Assembly (NCBI GenBank): GCA_003222535.1
Contig: QHWJ01000336.1
Span: 6,026 to 70,025 of the forward strand
DNA length: 64,000 bases
Source of the DNA: Acidobacteriota bacterium
Lineage (GTDB): Bacteria > Acidobacteriota > Vicinamibacteria > Vicinamibacterales > CAVVIG01
Reading direction: 5' to 3'
This document shows, one piece after another, positions 35,074-43,318 of the stretch (positions are counted from its first letter, which is position 1; every line of letters starts with the position of its first letter). Below the pieces are notes generated by a model that saw only the letters and a program-made list of their open reading frames with translations, was not told the origin of the DNA and searched no databases. A program made the position numbers and the translations under genes.

Positions 35074-36449
35074 CGTCGGACCAGAGACGACGAGTGCGCG
35101 ATCTGTTCGAGGCGGCTCTGGATCGCGATCCGCCCGCCGGCGCCGGGAGCTGGATCGCGCGCGAAGCGGCGGACGATCCCGTCGTCCGCGACGAAGTGCT
35201 GTCGCTCGTCGAGCATCACTCGCGCGCCGGCGCCTTTCTGTCGCACCCGATTGTGGAACAGGCGGCCGATCTGCTGCTGGACGAGGAGCCGCTGGCGCCC
35301 GGCGCCAGCGTCGGCGCGTACACCATTGTCCGCGAGATTGGACGCGGGGGCATGGGGCGCGTCTATCTCGCGTCCGACGGGCGGCTCGGGCGGACGGTCG
35401 CACTCAAGGCGCTGGCCCCGCATCTGACGCGTGATCCGTCGCAGCGGGCGCGGCTGCGGCGCGAGGCGCGCGCGGCGGCGGCGCTCACGCACCCGGGCAT
35501 CTGCACGGTCTACGCGCTCGAAGAAGTCAACGGCGAGCTGTACATCGCGACCGAATTTGTCGACGGCCATACGCTCGCAGAGGAGATTCGTTCGGGCCCC
35601 CGGCCCTCGGCCGGCGTGGTGCTGCAGACCGCGCAGGATCTCGCCGCGGCGCTCGCGAGCGCGCACGCGAGCGGCGTCATCCATCGCGATCTCAAGCCAC
35701 AGCCCGGCGTGGTGATCGGGACACCGGCCTACATGGCGCCGGAGCAGATCAACGGGCTGGCGGTCGACGCGCGCGCTGACGTGTTCGCCTTCGGCGTGCT
35801 GCTGTACGAATTCGCGTGCGGCGCCCATCCGTTCGAGGGATCGTCGCAGCTGGCGGTCATGGCTCGAGTGCTCGAGAGCGACGCGCGTCCTATCGCCGCA
35901 CGCTGTCCCGCGCTCTCAGGCGGGGTGGCCGATGTGATCTCGCGCTGCCTGAAAAAGGCGCCGGCGGAACGATTCGGATCGGCGGCCGAGCTCGTGGGCG
36001 CGCTCAAGGCCGCCGGCGATGCCGGTTCCGCCGCGAGCCCGCACGCCACGTGGTGGCGCGTGCATCAAATCGTGATTGCGATGCTCCACATCGTCGCCGC
36101 CACGCTCGCGTGGCAGATCAAGGAATGGATCGAGACGCCGCTGACGATCGCGATCTTCCTGGCGCTCGGAGCGGCGGCGACCATTGCCCCCGTGCTCCGT
36201 GGCCACCTCGTGTTCACGGAGGTGATGAACCGGCCGCACCTGGCGCGTGAGCGGCGACGGACGGGGCGCGCGACGCTGCTGCTGGACCTGGTGACCGGCG
36301 TCCTGCTGTTCATCGACGCGGGAATGATCGCCGGCACGCGCGCGCTGCCGGCCGTCTTTGCGCTCAGCCTCGCGATCGGCATCGTGATGGCGTCGATCGT
36401 CCTCGAGCCGGCAACCACCGCCGCTGCCTTCGGCAGCGACGGAAGTTAG
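35070..36449 (+). CDS. Ser/Thr protein kinase-like protein lacking the catalytic-loop Asn and DFG motif (probable pseudokinase or deletion allele), with C-terminal TM helices
   Basis: G-loop IGRGGMGRVY, VALKAL, HRDLKP, followed immediately by QPGVVIGTPAYMAPEQ. ATGA overlap with the sigma factor gene. Confidence 0.8.
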   Translation: MTSDQRRRVRDLFEAALDRDPPAGAGSWIAREAADDPVVRDEVLSLVEHHSRAGAFLSHPIVEQAADLLLDEEPLAPGASVGAYTIVREIGRGGMGRVYLASDGRLGRTVALKALAPHLTRDPSQRARLRREARAAAALTHPGICTVYALEEVNGELYIATEFVDGHTLAEEIRSGPRPSAGVVLQTAQDLAAALASAHASGVIHRDLKPQPGVVIGTPAYMAPEQINGLAVDARADVFAFGVLLYEFACGAHPFEGSSQLAVMARVLESDARPIAARCPALSGGVADVISRCLKKAPAERFGSAAELVGALKAAGDAGSAASPHATWWRVHQIVIAMLHIVAATLAWQIKEWIETPLTIAIFLALGAAATIAPVLRGHLVFTEVMNRPHLARERRRTGRATLLLDLVTGVLLFIDAGMIAGTRALPAVFALSLAIGIVMASIVLEPATTAAAFGSDGS

Positions 36450-36468
36450 AAGTTAGAAGTTAGAAGTA
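36444..36468. repeat. tandem heptamer array (AGTTAGA)x3
   Basis: The TAG stop of the kinase gene (36447-36449) lies inside unit 1. Confidence 0.85.
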
Positions 36469-36508
36469 ACCGATTCTGCCACCTGTTTGGGGGGGAAGAA
36501 ACACAACC

Positions 36509-37492
36509 ATGATTGCCATCGAGATCCGTGAGCCCGGCGAACCCGAGGTGCTTGTCCCGACGGAACGGCCGAAGCCGGCTCCGGCGGCGGGCGAGGTGCT
36601 CATCAAGGTCGCCGCGGCGGGCGTCAACAGGCCCGACGTGTTCCAGCGGCGCGGCAGATATCCGCCGCCGCCCGGCGCGTCCGATATTCCCGGTCTCGAG
36701 GTCTCGGGCACCATCGTGGCGCTCGGCGCCGACGTGCACGACTGGCGCGTGGGCGACCCGGTGTGCGCGCTCGTGACGGGGGGCGGCTACGCGGAGCTTT
36801 GTGCGGCGCCGGCGCCGCAGTGTCTGCCGGTCCCGCGCGGCATGGATCTGGTCACGGCGGCGGCGATTCCGGAGACGTTCTTCACCGTCTGGACGAACGT
36901 CTTCGAGCGGGGACGCCTGCAGGCGGGCGAATCGATCCTGGTGCACGGCGGGTCGAGCGGCATCGGCACGGCCGCGATTCAGCTGGCGCAGGCGCGCGGG
37001 TCGAGGGTGTTCGCGACCGCCGGATCGGCCGAGAAGTGCGCGGCGTGCGAGCGGCTCGGCGCCGAGCGCGCCGTCAACTACCGCGAGGCCGACTTTGTCG
37101 CCGTGGTCCGCGAGCTGACCGCGGGACGCGGCGTCGACGTCGTGCTGGACATGGTCGGCGGCGACTACTTTGCGCGCAACGTCGACGCGCTCGCGCTCGA
37201 AGGGCGGCTGGTGGAAATCGCGACGCTCCACGGCGTGAAGGCCGAGCTGAACATCCAGACGATCATGCAGCGGCGGCTCACCATCACCGGCTCGACACTG
37301 CGCGCGCGGCCGGTCGCCGACAAGGCCGCGATCGCCGTGGCGCTGCGGCAGCACGTGTGGCCGCTCCTCGAGTCGGGCGCCGTGAAGCCGATCGTCCACG
37401 CGACGTTTCCGCTGCGCGACGCGGCCGAGGCGCACCGCGTGATGGAATCGAGCGCGCACATCGGCAAACTCGTGCTCACCACATCAATCTAG
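36509..37492 (+). CDS. NAD(P)H:quinone oxidoreductase (zeta-crystallin/MDR family)
   Basis: GVNRPDVFQRRGRYPPPPG and HGGSSGIGTAAIQLA. 327 aa. Confidence 0.9.
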   Translation: MIAIEIREPGEPEVLVPTERPKPAPAAGEVLIKVAAAGVNRPDVFQRRGRYPPPPGASDIPGLEVSGTIVALGADVHDWRVGDPVCALVTGGGYAELCAAPAPQCLPVPRGMDLVTAAAIPETFFTVWTNVFERGRLQAGESILVHGGSSGIGTAAIQLAQARGSRVFATAGSAEKCAACERLGAERAVNYREADFVAVVRELTAGRGVDVVLDMVGGDYFARNVDALALEGRLVEIATLHGVKAELNIQTIMQRRLTITGSTLRARPVADKAAIAVALRQHVWPLLESGAVKPIVHATFPLRDAAEAHRVMESSAHIGKLVLTTSI

Positions 37493-37572
37493 TAATCTAG
37501 TAATCTGGTAATCGGGTGATTTGATTGTGCAATTGTCCAATCCAATTACCCGATTACCCGATTACCAGATTC
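37486..37572. repeat. palindromic element built from GGTAATC-type 7/8-mers (copy 1)
   Basis: AATCTAGTAATCTAGTAATCTGGTAATCGGGTGATTTGATTG - loop - CAATCCAATTACCCGATTACCCGATTACCAGATT. The Qor TAG stop lies in unit 1. Confidence 0.85.
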
Positions 37573-37585
37573 CACGGATGTCGCT

Positions 37586-37942
37586 ATGGATAACATCACG
37601 AGCCTGCAGATCGCGGACGGCAGGGCCGGCAAGGGCGCGGAGGCGGCTACCGGCAAACGGGTCACGGTGCACTACACCGGCTGGCTGTACGACCCGAAGA
37701 CGGCCGACCATCACGGCAAGAAATTCGACAGCTCGCGCGACCACGGCGAGCCGTTCTCGTTCAAGCTCGGCACGGGCGTCGTGATCCGCGGCTGGGATCA
37801 GGGTGTCGCCGGCATGAAAGTCGGCGGCACGCGGACGCTGATCGTTCCCTCCGAGCTCGGCTACGGCGCGCGCGGGGCAGGCGGCGCGATCCCCCCGAAC
37901 GCCACGCTGCTGTTCGACGTCGAGCTGCTCGACGTCAAGTGA
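37586..37942 (+). CDS. FKBP-type peptidyl-prolyl cis-trans isomerase
   Basis: VHYTGWL...GKKFDSSRD...PFSFKLGTGVVIRGWDQGVAGMKVGGTRTLIVPSELGYG. Confidence 0.9.
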   Translation: MDNITSLQIADGRAGKGAEAATGKRVTVHYTGWLYDPKTADHHGKKFDSSRDHGEPFSFKLGTGVVIRGWDQGVAGMKVGGTRTLIVPSELGYGARGAGGAIPPNATLLFDVELLDVK

Positions 37943-37947
37943 CTCGC

Positions 37948-38041
37948 ATCTGGTAATCGGGTAATCTGGTAAACGGGTAATTGGATTGTTCAATTGCCCA
38001 ATCCAATTACCAGATTACCCGATTACCCAATTACCAGATTC
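37948..38041. repeat. palindromic GGTAATC-type element (copy 2)
   Basis: ATCTGGTAATCGGGTAATCTGGTAAACGGGTAATTGGATTG - loop - CAATCCAATTACCAGATTACCCGATTACCCAATTACCAGAT. Confidence 0.85.
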
Positions 38042-38045
38042 TTTG

Positions 38046-39026
38046 ATGGATTACGTTCGGCTCGGCAACAGCGGCCTGAAGGTCTCGCGGCTCTGTCTCG
38101 GAGCGATGACCTACGGGACGTCTGAATGGCGCCCGTGGGTGCTCGATGAGGACGCGAGCCGGCCGTTCATCGCGCGTGCGCTCGAGCACGGCATCAACTT
38201 CTTCGACACCGCCGACATGTACTCGCAGGGTGCCAGCGAACAGGTGCTCGGCCGCGCGCTCAAAGACTTCGCGCGGCGCGACCAGGTCGTCATCGCGACC
38301 AAGGCGTTCTACGCGACCGGCGACGGCCCCAACGACCGCGGGTTGTCGCGCAAGCATCTCTTCGACGCGATAGACGGTTCACTGCGCCGTCTCTGTACCG
38401 ACTTCGTGGACCTGTACCAGATCCACCGCTTCGATTACGACACGCCCATCGAAGAAACCCTGGAAGCGCTTCACGACCTCGTCAAATCGGGGAAAGCGCG
38501 CTACATCGGCGCGTCGAGCATGTTCGGCTGGCAGTTCATGAAGATGCTCGACACCGCGGACGCTCATGGCTGGACGCGGTTCGTGTCGATGCAGAACCAC
38601 TACAATCTCGTGTACCGCGAGGAAGAACGCGAGATGCTGCCGCTCTGCCGCATGGAGGGCATTGGCGTCATCCCGTGGAGCCCGCTCGCGCGCGGGTTTC
38701 TTGCGGGCAACCGGCGCGGCGTGGGGCGCGGCGAGACCGTTCGAGCGCAGACCGACGACTTCGCTCACCGGATGTATTACGCGGAAACCGACTTCACCAT
38801 TGCAGATCGGGCCGCGGAGCTCGCCGGGCGACGAGGCGTGAAGCCGACGCAGGTCGCGCTGGCGTGGCTGCTCGCAAAGCCCGGCGTCACCGCGCCGATT
38901 GTCGGTGCGTCGAAGCCGCTGCATCTCGACGAAGCGGTCGCGGCGCTGGACGTGCGGCTCGACGACGCGGAGCTGACGTTCCTGCAAGAGCCGTATCAGC
39001 CGCATCCGATCCTCGGCCACTCTTAA
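38046..39026 (+). CDS. aldo/keto reductase
   Basis: LGNSGLKVSRLCLGAMTYG...INFFDTADMYSQGASEQVLG. 326 aa from the internal ATG. Confidence 0.9.
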   Translation: MDYVRLGNSGLKVSRLCLGAMTYGTSEWRPWVLDEDASRPFIARALEHGINFFDTADMYSQGASEQVLGRALKDFARRDQVVIATKAFYATGDGPNDRGLSRKHLFDAIDGSLRRLCTDFVDLYQIHRFDYDTPIEETLEALHDLVKSGKARYIGASSMFGWQFMKMLDTADAHGWTRFVSMQNHYNLVYREEEREMLPLCRMEGIGVIPWSPLARGFLAGNRRGVGRGETVRAQTDDFAHRMYYAETDFTIADRAAELAGRRGVKPTQVALAWLLAKPGVTAPIVGASKPLHLDEAVAALDVRLDDAELTFLQEPYQPHPILGHS

Positions 39027-39033
39027 CAGCCCT

Positions 39034-40314
39034 TTGTTCTCCCGCCCCTCCGTCATCGCGCTTCAGCACCGCAACTACCGGCTGATCTGGATCGGCCTCT
39101 TCGTCTCCTTTACGGGATCGACGATGCAGAACGCGGCGCTCCTGTGGCACGTATCGCTGCTCGTCCCGCCGGAGCACAAAGGGCTGGCGCTCGGGCTGGT
39201 GGGCCTGGTGCGGGTCGTCCCGATCATCTTCTTCTCGATGATCAGCGGTGTGGTCGCCGACGCGTGGAACCGGCGCAGGGTGATGCTCTCCACCCAGAGC
39301 GCGTCGACGGCCGTCGCGATCGGGCTCGCTGCGCTCGCCTTTCGCGGCGTGACGGCGGTATGGCCGATCTACGCGCTCGCGGCCCTCGCCTCCGGCGTCG
39401 GCGCGTTCGACATGCCGGCGCGCAACGCGCTGCTGCCGAGCCTCGTCCCGCGCGAGCACCTGCCGAACGCCATCAGCCTGAACACGATCATGTTTCAGAC
39501 GGCGGCCGTGCTCGGACCATCGCTCGGCGGCGCCCTCATTGCGGTGGGCAGCGTCGGATGGGTCTACATCGCCAACGCCATGTCGTTCATGTTCGTGATC
39601 GTGGCGCTGCTGATGATGCGCGACGTCCCCGCCCGGGCGCCGTCGGAAGCCGGCTCGCGCGACGACGTGTCGCTGCACGCGGCGCTCGAGGGGCTGCGCT
39701 TCGTCTTCCGCTCGCCGCTGATCCGATCGACCATGCTGCTCGATTTCTTCGCGACGTTCTTTTCGTCGGCGACCGCGCTCCTGCCGATCTTCGCGCAGGA
39801 CATCCTGCGCGTCGGCGCGCGGGGGTACGGCTGGCTCTACGCCGCGCCGGCGGTCGGCGCGGTGGCGACCAGCGCCGCCATGGTGCCGCTGACCGAACGC
39901 ATCGAGCGGCGCGGGACCGCGCTGTTGTGGGCCGTCGCCGGCTACGGTTTCGCGACGGTCGTGTTCGGGATCTCCCGCTCGTTCTGGCTGACGTTCGCGT
40001 GCCTGGCCATGACCGGTGCGACCGACACCGTCAGCATGGTCATCCGCAACATCGTGCGCCAGCTCGAGACCCCGGACCGGCTGCGCGGCCGCATGACCGG
40101 CGTCAACATGGTGTTCTTCATGGGTGGCCCGCAGCTGGGCGAGCTCGAGGCCGGCGCCGTGGCCAACTGGTTCGGGGCGCCGTTCTCCGTGATCACGGGC
40201 GGGGCCGGGTGCCTGGTCGCGACCGCGTGGGTGGCGGCGTCGACGCCCGCGTTGCGGCGTTACAGAAGGGATTTGAGAACGGGCGTTCTGGATTTGCGCC
40301 AGAAAACTCGCTGA
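39034..40314 (+). CDS. MFS transporter (EntS-like)
   Basis: 426 aa, 12 TM-like segments. N-terminal FRNYRLIW-type motif (QHRNYRLIWIGLFVS). Confidence 0.85.
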   Translation: MFSRPSVIALQHRNYRLIWIGLFVSFTGSTMQNAALLWHVSLLVPPEHKGLALGLVGLVRVVPIIFFSMISGVVADAWNRRRVMLSTQSASTAVAIGLAALAFRGVTAVWPIYALAALASGVGAFDMPARNALLPSLVPREHLPNAISLNTIMFQTAAVLGPSLGGALIAVGSVGWVYIANAMSFMFVIVALLMMRDVPARAPSEAGSRDDVSLHAALEGLRFVFRSPLIRSTMLLDFFATFFSSATALLPIFAQDILRVGARGYGWLYAAPAVGAVATSAAMVPLTERIERRGTALLWAVAGYGFATVVFGISRSFWLTFACLAMTGATDTVSMVIRNIVRQLETPDRLRGRMTGVNMVFFMGGPQLGELEAGAVANWFGAPFSVITGGAGCLVATAWVAASTPALRRYRRDLRTGVLDLRQKTR

Positions 40315-40340
40315 AGCGCGATCGGTGAGCGCCGCGCGAA

Positions 40341-40495
40341 GTCCTTGGTCCTTTGTTCTTGGTGCTCGGTCCGTCCTTGGTCCTTGGTCCGTCCTAGAGT
40401 CCCTGGTCCCTGGTCCGCGCACATAGGACGAAGGACCTTGGACGGTCTAAGGACTTTGGACGGACCAAGAACCAGGAACGAGGGACGAAGGACCG
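40341..40495. repeat. ~155-bp imperfect hairpin of GGTCCTT-type units between convergent genes
   Basis: The left half is made of GTCCTTGGTCC... runs. The right half is made of the complementary GGACCAAGGAC... runs. Confidence 0.8.
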
Positions 40496-40516
40496 ACTCC
40501 CATCGGCAGGCTGCCG

Positions 40517-41719
40517 CTATCGCAGCCGGCGATCGGCGACGACGAAGTACGGGAGCGAGATGGCGGAGAGCGCGGCCGCGACGCCGAACGCAGTCGGGAA
40601 CCCGAATCGCTGAATCAGCCAGCCAACGGTCGTCGACCCTGTGCCGATGCCGGTGTCGAAGGCGGCGAGGATGGCGCCAAAGGCCGCACCGCGCCGCGTG
40701 GCGCTGACGTCGCGCATGACGTAAGCGACAAAGACCGGATACGCGGTGCCCAAGCCGACGCCGAAGAGCGCGGCCGAGGCGACAAACGAGATCCGCGTCG
40801 AGCCGGCGGCCAGCAGGGCGAGGCCGACGGCGATGAGCACCAGGCACGGCATGAACACGCGCCGGTACCCGACGCGATCCGCCAGCTTGCCGGAGAGCGG
40901 GCGCGTCAGCAGGATGACGATCGCCAGGCACGTCAGATAGAGGCTCCTGGGCGACACGCCGGACGCGTCGGCGTACATGGCACTGAAGCTTGTGATGGCG
41001 CCGTAACCGAACGAGTAGAGGAACAGCGTGATCGAGAGCACGAGCACGCGCCATTCGACCAGCGAACCACGAGCGTGGTCAGTTGGTGAGCTGGCCGGTG
41101 AGTGAGTCGGGGAGCTGGCGAGATGTGTGGCTGAATAGGCGAGTGGGTGATGTGCCGTCGGCCCGTCCCTGTCGAGAAACCACGCGATCGCGCCCATCAG
41201 GAAGTTGAGCATGCAGCAGGAGAGGCAGATCCATCGCCAGCCGCCGTGCTGCATGATCCAGAACGCCAGCGGCGGCGCGACCGCGATGGCGCCGACGCTG
41301 GACAGGCCCCAGTAGCTGATGCCTTCCGCGCGCCGGTGCTCGGGGAGCAGGCTCGTGAGATACGCGGCGGACGCCGACAGCAGGCCCGACCAGAACACGC
41401 CGTGCACGACGACGAGCGCGAGCATCAGCCGATAGCTGGTCGTCGAGCCGTAGCCGATCGCGCAGAGCAGGATGACACTGCTCGAAATCATCAGCGTGCG
41501 CCGCCGGCCGATGCGATCGGCGATGGCGCCGGTCAGCGGCGCCGACGCCGCCGACGCGTACGTCAGAAAGCCGAGGAACAGGCCGGATGCGAACGTGCTG
41601 CCGCCGAGCTCCTGGATGCGAAAGGGCGCGGTGGGCAGCAGCTGGAACGCCGAGAGAAACACCGTGAAGGTGAAGCCGCACATGACGAAGAAGCGCGGCG
41701 TGAACAGCCGATCGGACAT
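40517..41719 (-). CDS. MFS transporter
   Basis: Start taken at MSDRLFTPRFFVMCGF. 12 TM-like segments. The central loop HHPLAYSATHLASSPTHSPASSPTDHA is low-complexity and repeat-like. Confidence 0.8.
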   Translation of the reverse strand: MSDRLFTPRFFVMCGFTFTVFLSAFQLLPTAPFRIQELGGSTFASGLFLGFLTYASAASAPLTGAIADRIGRRRTLMISSSVILLCAIGYGSTTSYRLMLALVVVHGVFWSGLLSASAAYLTSLLPEHRRAEGISYWGLSSVGAIAVAPPLAFWIMQHGGWRWICLSCCMLNFLMGAIAWFLDRDGPTAHHPLAYSATHLASSPTHSPASSPTDHARGSLVEWRVLVLSITLFLYSFGYGAITSFSAMYADASGVSPRSLYLTCLAIVILLTRPLSGKLADRVGYRRVFMPCLVLIAVGLALLAAGSTRISFVASAALFGVGLGTAYPVFVAYVMRDVSATRRGAAFGAILAAFDTGIGTGSTTVGWLIQRFGFPTAFGVAAALSAISLPYFVVADRRLR

Positions 41720-42209
41720 GAACCGTGAAGTATACGTGGTGGGAGTGATCTCCGACACGCACGGCCTGCTGCGTCCGGAGATCGCGGCGGCGTTCGCGGG
41801 CGTTCACGTGATCCTGCACGCGGGCGACGTCGGCGGGCGATCGGTGCTCGATGCGCTGTCGAAGATGGCGCCGGTCGAAGCCGTGTACGGCAACGTGGAC
41901 GACCGGCACGATCCCTCCCTGGCGCGGGAGCGCGTCGTCTCCGTCGGCGGCGTCACGATTCATGTCAGCCACGGCCACGAGCTGGGCCGGCCGACGCCGG
42001 AGCTTGCGCTCGCGCGCTATGAGGGCGACGTGGTGGTCTTCGGCCACACGCACCGCGCGATCATTCAGCAAGGCGTTGCCGGTCGCGTGGGACTGAATCC
42101 GGGAGCGGCCGGGCCGCGGCGGTTCGATCTGCGGCCCAGCGTGGCGCGCTTGACGATCGTCGCCGGCGCCCCCTCGGAGATCGACGTCGAGATTATTTCC
42201 CTGGCCTGA
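41718..42209 (+). CDS. YfcE/MJ0936-family metallophosphoesterase
   Basis: ISDTHG, HAGD, GNVD, SHGHE, FGHTH motifs in order. Confidence 0.85.
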   Translation: MNREVYVVGVISDTHGLLRPEIAAAFAGVHVILHAGDVGGRSVLDALSKMAPVEAVYGNVDDRHDPSLARERVVSVGGVTIHVSHGHELGRPTPELALARYEGDVVVFGHTHRAIIQQGVAGRVGLNPGAAGPRRFDLRPSVARLTIVAGAPSEIDVEIISLA

Positions 42210-42981
42210 ACTCGATCGTGATGTCGCGATCGAGGTTGATCTTCAAGCCCGACGCGCCCGTGAGAATCAGTTTGGCTTCGTCTTGTGTGGTCGCGGCCTG
42301 CAGACGCGGGAGGAGCGTTTCGTCCCTCAGCACTGCATCGAGATCGACCTCGAGCAGCGTGACGCGCCGGCCTTCGGCGTAGGGGCTGCTCGTCCGGACC
42401 ACGGTTCCCGCCGGTTCCGCCACCAGCAGCACGCGCGCGCCCGACAGCGTGGTCTTGATCATGCCGATCTGTCCGGCGGCCGCCGGCGACCCGAGCGCGT
42501 CGAGAAAGTTCGGCTCGGGCACGTGGATGTGCAGCACGGCGTTCCCGCTGGCCTCGTGCGTCATGGAAAACGTGACGGTCTCCGCCTCGGTGCTGAAGCC
42601 CTGGGCGCGAATCTTCACTCCGGCGGGGGTGGCGGGCTGCGTGGAAATCCGGAGCTGGCTGACGTCGGTGAAGGCGAAGGTGGCCTCACGCCCCTGCCCG
42701 TCCGGCGTGGTGATGGGCGCGGAGACCACGTAGGTGACGCCAGGCCCGATGCTGGCCGTCATATCGCGGGCCTGCTGTTCCGACAATGGATCGGGGTTCT
42801 GTCCGCGGCCGCCGAGCGCAGCGAATTGCCGGAGCTGCGCGATCGCCGAGGCGCTGTAGAGCATCCGGTGATCGATCGTGCCGCTGCCGTCGGCGTTCAC
42901 CTTCAGGACCGTGGTCATCTGAAAGCAGGCGCCCGAGCCGAGCGCCCCGACGAAGAGGAGTGACAGGCGGAGCCATCGCAT
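42193..42981 (-). CDS. hypothetical lipoprotein (262 aa)
   Basis: MRWLRLSLLFVGALGSGAC lipobox. The upstream part of the listed ORF is repeat sequence. Confidence 0.6.
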   Translation of the reverse strand: MRWLRLSLLFVGALGSGACFQMTTVLKVNADGSGTIDHRMLYSASAIAQLRQFAALGGRGQNPDPLSEQQARDMTASIGPGVTYVVSAPITTPDGQGREATFAFTDVSQLRISTQPATPAGVKIRAQGFSTEAETVTFSMTHEASGNAVLHIHVPEPNFLDALGSPAAAGQIGMIKTTLSGARVLLVAEPAGTVVRTSSPYAEGRRVTLLEVDLDAVLRDETLLPRLQAATTQDEAKLILTGASGLKINLDRDITIEFRPGK

Positions 42982-43020
42982 ACGAACAAGATGACACAGA
43001 TCGGCGCGCAGCATCGGTGG

Positions 43021-43075
43021 AATCTGGTAATTGAGTAATCGGGTAATCTGGTAATTGGATTGGGCGATTGAACAA
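43021..43075. repeat. half copy of the GGTAATC-type element (copy 3)
   Basis: AATCTGGTAATTGAGTAATCGGGTAATCTGGTAATTGGATTGGGCGATTGAACAATTC. The centre matches the reverse complement of the copy 2 centre. Confidence 0.75.
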
Positions 43076-43318
43076 TTCGAATACGAGACTACCCGCACCG
43101 GCTGGAATCTTCGCATGTTGGGGAGTTGCTTCGCGATGGTCGTCGCGGCCGCCGCCGCCATGCTCGGTTCCCTTCTCGCGATCGGGCCGATCGAAGCTCG
43201 ACTCCCACCAGGTTGGATACGTACCTCAGCCACGGACGGGATGATCGATGCGTGCCTCCGTTCGCGCGAACGCGCGGAAAGGGATCCGAGCTGGAAGCAC
43301 GCCTGATATGATCGTCGG

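Noticed and set aside
37521-38040. Small ORFs translating to NPITRLPDYQIP / MFNCPIQLPDYPITQLPDS (also MFNRPIQLPDYPITQLPDS within ORF 42686..43075) as a conserved peptide family.
   Set aside because: They are translations of the GGTAATC-type palindromic repeat in different frames and strands. The similarity comes from the DNA repeat, not from a protein family.
41717-41720. Divergent MFS and phosphoesterase genes whose start codons overlap (CATG).
   Set aside because: This depends on my choice of start codons. Alternative starts exist for both genes, so it is not a robust observation.
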